DNA of 64,000 nt, from assembly GCA_043228905.1 (NCBI GenBank), contig JBHGNT010000015.1, positions 14,074,001-14,138,000 of the forward strand, read 5' to 3'. Below, piece after piece: positions 27,421 to 39,919 of the stretch; position 1 is the first letter of the stretch, and every line of letters starts with the position of its first letter. The DNA comes from Azolla caroliniana (taxonomy: Eukaryota; Plantae; Polypodiophyta). Under the pieces are notes generated by a model that was not told the DNA's origin, did not search any database, and saw only the letters and a list, made by a program, of their open reading frames with translations. Both the position numbers and the translations under genes were made by a program.

Positions 27421-28366
27421 AAAAAAACCTCTCGAAATAGGACTTGTGCAATGTCTTCACTAGTAAAATCCTTGGTGCATGGTGAGAAATGCACTATCCT
27501 AGTGAAACAATCACCAACAATGAGAATGATATCAGAACTTGAAGATAGAGGAAGACCTATACGAATCCATGGAGATGGATTACCATGGTGCATCAACAAG
27601 TGGCAAAGATTAAATCTTTCCAAAAGGAAGATGGCAGAAAAGTTCTAGATATCCCCTTTTGGGAGTGAGGTAAGACCGTCATGAGAGAACATCAAATTGT
27701 CCTTGTAAAGAATTTGACAAATATTCAATAATAAAGTTAAATGACTGAGGAAGATGAACCAACGCGATTGACATCGATTCAAAACAAGTGCTTATTGAAA
27801 ATATTTGAGGTTCTTGTGATGAGTAGAATTTCTGGTAATGTGTTGTACCCTTTCTAAGAATCAAAGACATGCCTTAAAGGAACCACAATAATTAAGAGCT
27901 CTTTATCATGAATCTCAATATTAATTTCTGCATCTACAAATTTTGTTAAGTAGAAAGCAATTGGATATACTTCTCCATCATCTCTTTGTTAATATAAGAC
28001 ACTTCCACAAGCAAAGTCGGATGCATCTGCTTCGATAGGATATGGTTTCTTTTTATTAGGATGATCAAGAATTGGAGATGAGGTAAAATCCTTTTTTAAG
28101 TTGACAAAATCTTGGTTTATCATAGTAGTCCATATGAATACGTAATCCTTTTATGTGAACTATGGTAGAGGAAGAACAATCTGAGAGTAATTTTTTATGA
28201 AACGTTGATAGAAGTTAACAATGCAAAGGAATGTTTGAACATCCTTAATTGTTTTAGGTCGCTTCCATTCAATGACTATTGGAACTTTTGCTGGATCCAG
28301 AGAGATGCCCAATGGGGAGATAACATAGCCTAGAATCTTCTCTAGCTTAGCATAAAGATCATGCAC
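27421..28366 (-). mobile_element. Degraded Ty3/gypsy RT/RNase H/integrase remnant
   Basis: LGYVISPLGISLDPAKV...DVQTFLCIVNFYQRFIKNYS and IVGDCFTRIVHFSPCTK...LFREVF, similar to the element at 138-2208. Confidence 0.8.
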
Positions 28367-28994
28367 GCGTTAGTCTCCAAGACTTGGCAAACACAATTAG
28401 AGAAGATTAAGATATCATCAAGAAATATGATCACAAAGAGAAGCCTTGCACTTTGTAATTAGAATGGATGAATAGCATATGCCTAACAGTTGAACAAATG
28501 TGTCATATAGCCCAATGGTTGATACCAAATATGATGCCATGATGAAAAACTTGAATCGTGGGGATGATGCAAATAACAATTTGTTGGAAATCATTTGCTT
28601 CCCACAAGAGAATGACATGTTTAATGTAGACGTAGAAAAATTAAGATTGATTGCTTATCTCCAAAATAATAGGAGGGAGGCCAAGCAAGGGAATGCTATG
28701 CAATATGTTGTAGATGGTGCGTCAAGAAAATATGCCAAGATTAAATAGGTTAATGCACACAGTCTAGGCTTTTACCATATTGACCTAGACTAACAAGAGG
28801 ACATCAAGGTCATCTTGATTGCTAGCCCACTAGTGGTCAAATATGAAAATGAATTAGTAATGGAAAGGTATGTCTCCTTTAACCCAATCGAAGAGAACGA
28901 GATGTTGGAAAATCCTTTCCCACACCTACACTCATTGATTCCAACCCTTTGCGCAAAGTTGGGAGATCTCTATCCTCATAAAAAGACAATGTCT

Positions 28995-29679
28995 AAGATG
29001 CCACTAGATCCGGGAAAGAGTAGAAGATCAGGAGTTTGTGCTAATGAAGATGCACACGGAGGAGAACAAGTCGGACATGCTAACCAAAGTGCTAACACCC
29101 AACAAGTTGGACGTGTGCAGGAGGCGGATCAAGCTGACAAGACAACTGATGCCGGAGTGAAGGGGGAGATTGTTGGGGATTCAGTCCCTCCAGATGGGAT
29201 CCGAATAAGAGCACCTGGCGAGAGCCGGATGACGAGTACCCGGCGAGAGCCAGAAATAGCCCGAATGTCATATGGGTATAAATATGAACTAGGGCAAACA
29301 TCTTTTTAGTATGTAACAGAGAGTTGTGTGTTGTTGTTGTATGATTAACTGTTGTACAGAGAGAGAGAAAGAGAGAGGGAGAGAACGAAAGTTGCTAAGA
29401 GCACTTTCTGTTGTAACCGCCGCCTGGTGAAGACTGTGTGCACGAGGTTATTACCTCTGTGCATATATTTGTACTCCCCTCATATAGTGATAGTTGGAGT
29501 TAGTGGACTCCTGTGGTTTTTCCCGTTTAGGGTTTTCGACGTAAACATCCTGTGTACTCTTCTCTATTGTCTGTGTGTACGTGTATTCACTCCCATCCCA
29601 TTTTTCTAGGGGTTTGATTTTCATCGAAACGATCTAAGACTCGGTTGTGGCCGAGCAGTATTCCGCGTTAATCTCGACA
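28995..29679 (+). mobile_element. Copia 3' end plus LTR (29171-29679), same family as the 12853 element
   Basis: Homologous to 23925-24629; PPT GAGTGAAGGGGGAGAT then TGTTGGG...CTCGACA. Confidence 0.9.
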
Positions 29680-31077
29680 GTAATTGCTAATATCAACAGT
29701 TTGCATGGTGTGAAAGATGCTCCAGTTGATAAACATGTAATTCGACGAGCAAAAATAGTTGAATAAAATAAAATGCATAACATAAATGAAATGAGCTATC
29801 GATTCAAGGTTCTAGACTCCATAGAGGGGGACATTGAAGATTTTGAATTTTTCTTTTTTTTTTCTTGAAATATTTTGTTCAGTAGTATTAAAAACACCCA
29901 AAGGCTATTTTGACCATCATCTCCATATATTCATTGGGCCCATACATGATTTGTATCTTCGTCACACTCTGCTTCATTACTACATTTTGTCATTGAGCTC
30001 ATAGAGTGTAGATGTTCTACTATCTCTTGTATTATCATTTAATATTAATAGATGTATCTTTAAAGGAAAAAAAAAAGGCCAAAGGCTACAACTTAAAGTT
30101 TGACTACCTAGCAACTATGTAGAAACGATTCACGAAAACCAAATCATTTCTTCCAAAAGTGCACATTGAAAAATGAAACCAAGTCTGCGTAGCAAAACAT
30201 CCGCTACTTATACCAAAAACAAACACCTGTGAGATCAACCTCTCACCTATGGTAACACATAGATCTCAGCTTAACCTATAAATTTCCTACAAGGTGGAGA
30301 TAATATAATCATATATACATATATGTCAAACTTGTAACAACTAACATCTAAGAATCCAGAAGAATCTTTTAGAACAAACAAATCCCGAATTGAGCATACC
30401 CAAATTTCCTTCATCAACATTATGTGGAAAAATTCCGCACTATTGCATATGTATAACAACATAAACCAAGAAATCATGTGCTGGCAAATTGACAATTTCT
30501 TGCACCTTGCACATTGTAGAAGAAACACTTAGGGCATGCATATTCATGGTTCGTAATATTTGCATACTTGCAAAATTACAAATGTATGTATATGTTACAT
30601 ATATATGCCAATATTTGCGTACTTTGTTTTGCTGTTGGAGCAATGACATCGACCGAGCGGGCGTTCCTCCATCATGGTGCACACCCTCGCCCTCGCCTTC
30701 ACCCACCCATCCTCCTCCTTGATCCCTCCCTCTCCCATTCACGCAATCCCTTACCCTCTCCCCTCTATTCTTAGTCACTTGATTTCCCTCCCACTACCTT
30801 CAAGCCTCCCTCCTTTCGCTCTTAAGCTCTTCTTACAACCTTCATCCCTGCGTCCCGCTCACAACCTATTTTTGCCATGAATTTTTATGTTGTTTACTTA
30901 CTTTGTAAAAAAATAGTGCTAATATAGCCTAAAGGCAAAGCTTTCATCATGTAATTATTATCAGGTTGTAGGATTGAATGTAGTTTACACTAGTTAAAAC
31001 TAATTTTATTTTTTACTTTTTTTGTGTAATAAAAATAATAAAATATATACATATAAATGAATGATACTCAGTCATAC

Positions 31078-33466
31078 ACAAAGGAGACAGTATGAAATCT
31101 ACACAAATCGTGCACACTCTATGCCCGATGATATATTACGAGGTGCTGCTCCATATCCTCTGAATATTTATGTGTATGCACTTTGAACATCATTAGATTG
31201 GAACATTAGTAACATAAAATACAAAAACCCTTGTTTTCTGTACACGTTTTGTTTTCTATGTGCAAGCAACTACTTCTGTGTTTTTTTGGTTATTGCTTGA
31301 TGTAAATATACGTTTTTCTTAAAATTTTGGAAAAAGTGTATATTGATTTGGAAGCTACAAATAAGTTCTTAGAGGATGCAAAATCTAAAGGCTCCTCTAG
31401 CAGTTTGGCAATGGAAGAACAAGAACAAAGCATTAGGGCCTGTGTAGATCTTTTGACGTATGTTGTGTCAACCCTTGATGTCGTATTTACTGTGAAGGAT
31501 ACAATTCTACATCAAATGTTGTTCACAAGTATTGAAGATCCAAATATTGAAAAACTTCACGGATATTCAAAATGTCAAGTTATTAAAATCAGTAAGTTAA
31601 ATAATTCAAATTAATGCTTTTTTAAGGTTGAATGTTTTGCTTGTATGTAGCTTTGTTATTTGATCTCCTTTTAGGTTTGACAAGGGTTGGAGGTTTATGG
31701 TCGTCATGTTTCTATTAAGAAGGTATTAGACCTCTCATGTTCATGACCTTTTGGGTTATGTGTTGACCTTATATTATACCGATCTTTCCTTCAGGAGGAG
31801 AAAGGTGGCAAAATCAATCAGTTGCAGCTTGCCCTTACTTGCTTCAATTTCTTATTGACGATCTTTTTTCGCTATCCGACCCTCTATATTGATATTAAAG
31901 ATGGTCAATTGTCATTGACATCTGTTGGGATAGTTTCTCTTTTATTAGTTTTCTTGCTTGGTGTTGCTTACAAAGTCTTGAAATTCATGGGATTGATGTG
32001 TTTACGAATGGTCATAATGCAATGTTGTGAAAGAAATTTTTTTCTGACGGTTGTGTGTAGTGGCCTTTTTCTATTTGTCTGGTTCACATGTTAAATGGCT
32101 CCTTTGTTTTGGTTTCTTAACATGTTTATCTTTTAATGTTGGGTTGTGAACATGGCATTTGCAAAATATAGACATCCAATTGATCTCGATGTACGTGCTA
32201 GTTTTTGATGTTTTTCTATATATTTGGATTTCACTATATATCTTTCTTGTCTATAGATACAACGGAGCTTAAATGGCTCCTTTATTTTGATTTCTTAACA
32301 TGTTTATGTTTTAATGTTTGGCTGTGAACGTGGCTTCTACAGATTTTAGACGTCCAATTGATCTCGATGTATGTCCTAGTTTTTGATGTTTTTTTGTATA
32401 TTTAGATTTCACCATGTATCTTCGTTGTCTATAGATACAACAGAGCTTTATTTGAACAAATTGAATGTTGCAGCTTATATTTTGAACAATTGACATACAT
32501 ATATTGGTTTTCTCCTTCATTTTATTGTTGGTACTTGCTGTTCATGAAAATATAGAGGCGACATTGGATGAAACTATATATGCGACTGATACGTAGTGAT
32601 TCGGCTAGTTGTTAGTGGCTTTTTCTTCAGCCCTTTGGAATAGTTGTAGATAGTACATACGTGGTATGTGGTCAATCTTCTCTTTTGAATGTTTCCGTAA
32701 TAGATGAAGTCCCAATGTAATTTCACACAATATTGGCAATGCTTGTTACCATGGAAAGGAAGGAGCATGAATGCTGTCATAATTTGTGCTACATATTTAT
32801 GTGCAACGTATATTCTAAGAAGTTGGCTTCATATCTTTATTTGCAAAAATTGTGGTTGCATCTTTCTAGTTCAAGGATTCCTCACGATACTACATGGAAT
32901 GTGGTGTCGATTTGATTTTCAAGGATATCATTCATTCCCATGGCTGTTGACATTTGCTACTTTCTTCAAATAGTTCCATGGTCGTTGACATTTTGTTCTC
33001 AGCTTGCATACATGACATTATCCATGGGGCATGTATTACTTTCATCATTTTATGTTTGTATTTGGATCATACAATGGAATAGTTCTATTTTGGAAACGAT
33101 AAATTTGAAAAGGTTTATACTTTTAGTAACTACTTTGAATGTTTTAGACAAAATACTAGATAGTTTGCACTCGAGGAGGCAATGCTTACGTTTCCATGGA
33201 TCTGCCTCATTTTTGTGGAATGTTGCTTATTTCTCTTTGGGTTGGCCTTATGTTTTTTGTCGATGTAGACAGTGAGATACATAGGGCATGAAATGCATCT
33301 ATCACAATATCTTTGATTACGCGTCATACATGGGAAAATTGGCACTACTAATTTGTTATGCTTTTACCAATGACCGATTTGGAATGTTTGAGTCATAAAG
33401 TAGAACAGAGCTTCTTCGACATGATTCATTCTCAAGATGCTCGATTACATAAATAGTGGTTAAGTT
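31078..33466 (+). pseudogene. Unknown multi-exon gene, copy 3 (5'-truncated, coding part to about 32005) plus duplicated downstream DNA
   Basis: Homologous to 9915-11130 and to 12180-12852 + 24630-26530; small deletions remove a splice acceptor and part of the middle exon. Confidence 0.65.
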
Positions 33467-33494
33467 TGTAAGAGCGTAATTCCGCTTCAAATAC

Positions 33495-33525
33495 GTTTGC
33501 GTTCACAAGTGGAAGGATTGCGCAT
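33495..33525 (+). repeat. Left terminal inverted repeat
   Basis: GTTTGCGTTCACAAGTGGAAGGATTGCGCAT is the reverse complement of 51361-51391 with 2 transitions. Confidence 0.85.
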
Positions 33526-33859
33526 TCCACTTGTTGAATCTTCTTGAAACTATCCAAATACAACCTTTCTACAAAAATTGGATGCACTAGTATCACAAGT
33601 TCCTCAACTTGATTAGAATTTGCAAATATATAAATACATGATAGGTCTACGAGTGAAGATCATTAGAAATCATGCAAGTTTGGACGTGTTGATAAGTTAA
33701 TGTTGGCATAATAAAGTTCAACAATGGCTCAATATGTCACTAATGTGCGACAAGGGAAACACTAAACTAAAGACTTATATTAATTTGGTAAGTTTTACAA
33801 AAATATGAGGTGTACTTGTATCCATACTAATAAAATGAGTTATAATTTATACTTTCACC

Positions 33860-34144
33860 CATATGTGCATGTATATAATTGTGGACAATGTAGGATAGTG
33901 CACTTTAGGATAATGTGATTGGAATAACTAACTTATTAAAGTATTCAATACTTGTATTTAAAGTTGATCTAATCTATTCCTCAGTTTGTTCGTATGGGAT
34001 CAAACCATATGTATATAATTGTGGATAATGTAAGGTAGTGAACTTTAGGATAATGTCGTGGAAATAACAAACCTATTAAGGCTTTCATACCTGTATTTAA
34101 AATTGATCTACTCTATTGCTTAGGTGATTCACACAGGATCAAAC
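33860..34144. repeat. 2 x about 140-bp subterminal tandem repeat
   Basis: ATGTATATAATTGTGGAYAATGTA...CTTTAGGATAATGT...TTGATCTA...GGATCAAAC occurs twice. Confidence 0.85.
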
Positions 34145-34575
34145 TCCAAACGATAACGCAAGTGGAACTACAAGCGATAAAAACATGCGGATAACGCTAG
34201 TGGAACCATTATCAACACACTACACAATCTAAGCAGCAATGGAATAGAAACATAATAGCTTTAACAATAGAAGACAAAGATCCATAATAACAACATGGAC
34301 AGTCATGGCAACAATTGTACGACCATGTTATGTTAAGGTTAGCTTGGACCAAAATCAGCCTCAATTTAAACTAATTCATGTTTCTCCATAAATTTGGTAG
34401 TCAGCTATGCACGTGGTGAAACCAATGTCATAAGTCTACTAACCAAGTATATAAAAATAAAATTGAAACATATAGAAGATTATAAAGAATAGAATCGACC
34501 AAGTAAAACCCAAAATTTGTATTAATAATGTGAAATCCAAACAAATTGTCAGTGTCATTTTCTTCATAGAGTCTA

Positions 34576-36181
34576 TTACATAGCAATCAATTCATCAATG
34601 TCATTTTCTTCATCATCTTGTGTAGAACTCTCTTCGGCTATACATGCATTGGCTTCCCCTGTTAGCCGATCCAACGAAATATCTTCTATAAGCTCATCAT
34701 CAAGCTCTATTAGCTCCCCCGGTTCGCCAGCTAACGGAGGAATAGGCTCTCGCGAAGCAGGTTGAAACCTTTTTGTATTAGCGAGGTTCTTTGCACCAAC
34801 CTCCTCATCCTGGTCTGGGCACTCCCACAAAGCCTTAATCCTCATATTTATAAATATAACCTGCTCCCCGTCCTTCTCCAATGCAACTGTATTTCTAAAG
34901 AGCTTCAATGCACATGCAGACGTCGTTCCTATGAAGAAAGTAACAAGAAGAATTAGTTGTCAAACAAAAACAATTCAATATTGGTTATCTCAAGATCGTT
35001 ACCCTAGTTCGAGAAATTCTTGTGCAAGAAAAGAGATCTAATATCTAGTTTCCTTCGATAGAAAACATCTCGATCAAGCGCATCATAAGTTGCTGAGGTT
35101 TTTGATATGGGTTGACAAGTCCCCATTCTGTCGTGGTGACATGTCGCAATTTCCGTTTCACTGTTGGATATACCAGTAGATTTGAACCTCCCACTTCATT
35201 AGAATGCTCCTTGATTCTTTGTTTCTTAATTTCATCGAAGTAGCCAACCATGATGTATTCAATGGCATTATATTCAATGGCATTAACGAACCGTAAAGTT
35301 GGCCCTCTATTTACATTGGTTTTTATCCTACAAAAAATAATACATCGAGTTAAGAATAGATTGAACAACCTTAAGAAATGCAATATAGTGAATGACACCT
35401 ATAAATAATCCTTACCATGCAAGGTTCTCGATGCCATGGCAACGAGATCTCAAAGCTTGAGCTACCGAGTACCCTTGGTCCATACTATGAAAGACAACTA
35501 TTTGCCACAAGGATGCAGTCGTTCGCTCAGCGAAATCCTTGACCATCTTCTGCAACTGTTTAAACCTAAACGGTTCATCGTCGTATGATGACCTAGCCAT
35601 TTGAAATCCGTAAGGAATATCCGCAATCATTAGCATATATTCCTTCTTTGGCACTTTTTGGATAAAGTCGACGACATCTCTCGTAATATCTTTTTTGTGG
35701 CTAAATTTTTTAAAGGAGCCATCTTCTTCCATTTCGTACGCCTTGACTAAGCGAGGATCCTTTTCTTTTCTGGCTCACTCGAGATGTGCAAGGAAGGATG
35801 TATGGAAATCGTGTATATCCTTCACTTCTCCTTATTTCTTGCCATGACATGATTTCTAATAGAAGCAATAGGACATCAAGTATTATAATACAACATCTAC
35901 ATATGATGAAAGCGTAATGAAAAACCACCAATACTAACCCAATCCTTGAATGCAATTAAATACTCCGATAACACCTTATATGAAGACGTTAGAGGATAAT
36001 CCTCGGTCACTTGTTCCCAAGTTATACATCCAAGTTGTTTTATCATAACTTCTTGGATCTTCATGTACACCTTATGACTGTAAAATTAGAAATCAAGATT
36101 AGAACTTTGAATTACACCATATAGACTTCAATATCAGTATTTGAAAGACTTATTGAACTCAGTGACCATTTCTTCAAGGCT
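34576..36181 (-). pseudogene. C-terminal exons of the cargo gene: beta-class N6-adenine/N4-cytosine DNA methyltransferase domain
   Basis: Introns 36078-36149, 35856-35938, 35328-35415 (all GT-AG, frame-preserving) and about 34929-35019 (acceptor intact, donor decayed). Spliced product has LMIADIPYG (motif IV, DIPY at 35610-35621), LAWIKTN, IEYIMVG, VNPYQKPQQLMMRLIEMFSIEGN*ILDLFSCT(G)TTSACALKLFRNTVALEKD (motifs X, I, II). Three in-frame stops. Confidence 0.88.
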
Positions 36182-36529
36182 TGTTGTCTGTCTGGCCGGA
36201 CTAGCCTCAACACAGGTGTCTACCCGACACTTCTCCAAAGGGGTGGTAAGGATTGGATGCTAGGTTACACGCATAAGATAATTATAATTAAGCATGGACG
36301 GCAAACAATACGAGACACAGGTAAATACACAATGATTACTATTGTATTACTTCCGTCGAAACACTTTACAAATCATCGGATCCTTTTATAGGCATCCGGC
36401 AAGGTTACAATCGGTGCGCTTAGGCAACCGACATCCGAATCGGTTCGGATCCGGATCGGTACAACTGTACCGAATCCGTCCCTCCGAATAATAATTCTAC
36501 TCTTACTTCCTATGACCGGCCAACACATG

Positions 36530-39500
36530 GCACGCCCGTGGGAAAGTGCCTTGCACTTTGAATCCACACCCGACCTCAGTCTTCCTCCAAAATATCGAGC
36601 ACACTTTGCTCGATAGTGTCAAGTGGTGTTTCTTCCTCCTATTCCTGTTCCTTGCCTGCCTGGTCTCCGACCTCCTGTTGGGTAGGCTGTTCCGTAAAAA
36701 TTTTCTGCTCCGGCTCTGCTTGATTTCGTGGTGTCGGTGCTTCCTCACCGCTTCGTCCGGGTTCTTCCTATTCTCCCTCCGTTCCTGGCTCTGTTCTGTT
36801 ACCGGTGTCGCTTCCTCCGGTCTCGACTGCTCGACTTGATATGCCTCCTTCCTCTGCTCTGGTGTCTTCCGGTCTCAGCTCTTCTTCTTCTCCGGCATTG
36901 GTCCGCTCCTGCTCTTCTTCTTCTCCGGCATCGGTCCGCTCCTGCTCTTCTTCAAGTTCGTCTTCAGGTATTCCTTGTCGGGGTTGTTCGGTGTCGGTTG
37001 GTTCATCTTCATCCGGTCGCGTTCCCTCACCAATAGTGGTTGGCGACGTTCTTCCCTTAGCTTCCTGTCGTACCCGGTCCTGCTCGTATCGCTCCAACTC
37101 CAACTGAGTTGCGAGTTGCCCGTCATCCAACCTCTCTACCAACCCTCGGATTTCTTTGAGGTGTTCTTTTGCTAAAGTGTAGAAATCCTCCGACAATTCC
37201 TCCCGAATGGTGACGATACTTTCTTCATCCATCTTGTAGAACCTGTCGCCGGTCTTCTTCCGATTCTCGGCATCCGCTCGGAGTGTCTGCAGCTCGGCTG
37301 CCTGTTGTGACCACCCCTTCCATAGCTTTTCCGTACTTTCGTTGATACTTGCCTGAGCTCGGGTACTCCATCCTGACATGATGATCTTGATCCGGTCAAC
37401 TCCTGCCTTAGCATGAGCATAAGCTTCCTGCTTTTCCTTCCTTGCCCGTTTTATAATGTCGGCCATTATCTGAGCCTGGGCCTCGTAATCTGCTTTCTGC
37501 TTTTCATAGGTACTCTGCAGTTTGCTGATCGTGAAGGTCGATTTTTCCTTTTCTTCATTCCGGATCTTGGTCAGGTCCAACTTTTCCCGCCTTAGCGCCT
37601 CTAATTCCTTCCTTCTCTCCGTTGCTTGGGCTATTTCCGCCGACAATGCTTCCTTGTTGGTACTGACCTCATCCATCGCCTTAGCCAAGTCTAATCGGGT
37701 CTCTTTGAGCTGCGCTTTCAGCTTCTCTATTTGCCGGTCGTAGTCTGTTGCTCGTTTTTTGTTGTCCGACTCGGCCTGCTTGTGATCTCTGTAGAGACGG
37801 TCGAAGTCCTCCATCTTCTGGTTCAGGCGTCGGTTTGCCTGAGCTCTTAACCGATCGTCCCGGTCCTTCTGTTGTCGGAGTTCTTCCTGTCGTTCTATCT
37901 CTTGTTCGGCATGTCGACGTAGTCGGTCCTTCTCCTTCTGCAGCTTCTCTTTTTCTTTTGCAGTCGGTCATTAGCGGCTCGACCTTTCCGGAGGCCTTCT
38001 TCCATTTTTCGTCTGTCATCCTCCACCGCTTTCCGCTGCTCCCTTTCTCTTTCCCTTAATGCCTCCTGAGCTTGTAACTCCTCTCGTAAGGTTTCTATTA
38101 TTTTTTCGGTCTCAGGGCCGGTTTGCAAGGCTACCGGTTCCGGTTGCTTCCTTGTTGTCCCGACCGGCTCGGTGACAGCTTGTGCTTGTTGAATTCCTTC
38201 CCTTGCCTGCAACAGCTCCCCTTGCATTTCCTCGATCTGTGTTCGGAGCGCGACCAACTCCTGCGTTGTTGTATGCGTCAGCTATTGCCGACACGTTTCT
38301 TCTTTCTCTAACTGGTCCGCTACTCCCGATAACTGCTCCGAAAGCCATCTCAGCCATTGTGGCTTTGTTCTTCCGATTTCGGGGTGGCCTTGCTCCCTTA
38401 AGCCAGGCTGATTTTCTGGCCTCTTCTCTGGCTCCGGCTCCGGCGCTCGTTCCTTCTTCTTCTCTGGGATGACCGGTTTTCTGAAGTCCGGCCCAACCGG
38501 TGTCGGTGCTGCTTCCCTGGGTACAGGTTCCGGTGCTATTTCCGGCTCGGCTACTGGAGATGGTCCTTGCGCCCTCTGCTGAGTTCTGTCCACTGGTGGA
38601 GCCGGTCCTTTCGCCCGTTTCTCCCGTTCTTATCTTGCTGGGAGTCTTACCAGGGGTTCGGATGAGTCTTCTGTTTCAATTTCCTCCTCCGGTGCGGGTA
38701 CCAGACGGACCTTTTGTCTAGAGACCTCTGGTTCCGGTTCCGGCCGTCGCAACGTTATATGGATTGGTTTGTGTGCTACCGGTTCCTCCTCAGCCTCTTT
38801 CCCTTTGCCTTTACCTGCCGGTTTTGCCTTTGTGGCCGGTTCCTGTTGCTGTCGGGATGGTCCTTCCCCTTGCTGTTTTGCTTCTTGCGGGGTCCATCCG
38901 GGGGTGTGTTTCTCCAATATCTGTCGGCGCTTTGTGACCTGTTTCGGCGTCGTCTCCTGCCGACCTCTTTTCTTTTGTGTGCTGGGGAGTACCGGTGGGA
39001 CTAACACCGTTAGCCATTGTGCTATCCCGGCCCATGGCCTTTTTCCTTCCACCAGATTTTTGATGGCCTCCTTCAATCCTTCGGTTATGAAATGGAGCCA
39101 GTCTATTTGTAAGCCCTCGTACGCTGCTATCAAGAATGCTACCCGATACTTGGCTATGGCTGGGGGACAGGGGTTCACGAATCCGTATTCCATCATAGCG
39201 CGGGCTACTTCTCCGAACAGCAGGTTCTCTCCGCCCTGCGTTCGGTACGCTTTGCTGCTGATAGAGTATTCCCCAAAATATTCGAACAGGATTTCACTGG
39301 AAGGGTTTTCGATTGTTTGCAGTCCTCCTGCTTTGATCCCCGTGAGTGCCTGCACCGCTCCTTACGTGACTTCTGATATATCGATCGATGCTGCCGCCTG
39401 CTCTGGTTCTGCGTGTGGTGGAGCGTCGGCGATCCGCAGCAAGCCTTTTAACCCGTTCTCTCTCATCCATTGGCGTGCCTCTTCCGACAGTACCATTGCT

Positions 39501-39760
39501 TCGAATTCTTCGTCTGCTGCCTGGTGTTCGGGATTGCGCTGTGTGTGCTCTGTGCGTCGGGTCGCTCTTCTGTGCTTCTGCGCCTGTATGTAGGAAAATT
39601 CGTAAAACGTGAGCCCTTCGCAGGCCTGTGTCTTATATAGTGGGTTGTGCCTCGAGCCGTCCTTTTTCGTTTCCCGCGCATGTTCTTCTCCCGCCATAAT
39701 TAGTATGTCCTTTCTTGTTTGCCGCGTGTGAGTGCCCACGTTCTCTGCTTTAAATAGCAA
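36530..39760 (-). pseudogene. Extra sense ORF downstream of pol (accessory protein with long coiled coil), broken by stops and frameshifts
   Basis: Colinear ORF pieces 39362-39760, 38630-39355, 38282-38593, 37895-38257, 36768-37814; AFLIAAYEGLQIDWLHFITEGL segment, P/E-rich linker, E/K/R/Q-rich helical region. Confidence 0.75.
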
Positions 39761-39919
39761 GTGCGCACACGTCCTTCTTTAATGCATGGCGCCTCTTCGT
39801 TGCATGGTGGCGCTCCCACCTCTTGTGATCTCCCCATCATTACGATGATTCACGTCGATTCTGCCCACGTCTTTTTTTTTTTTTTTTTTTTTTTTTTCTT
39901 TTCTTTTGCTTGGACCACG

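Noticed and set aside
33485-33494. Target-site duplication of the Sola-like element
   Set aside because: No 4-bp match between the left flank and 51392-51400 under any terminus I tried; the exact ends are uncertain by a few bases.
34576-36181. Bacterial contamination or a restriction-modification locus
   Set aside because: The gene has GT-AG introns, is interrupted by a plant LTR element with a TSD, and has no neighbouring nuclease or operon structure.
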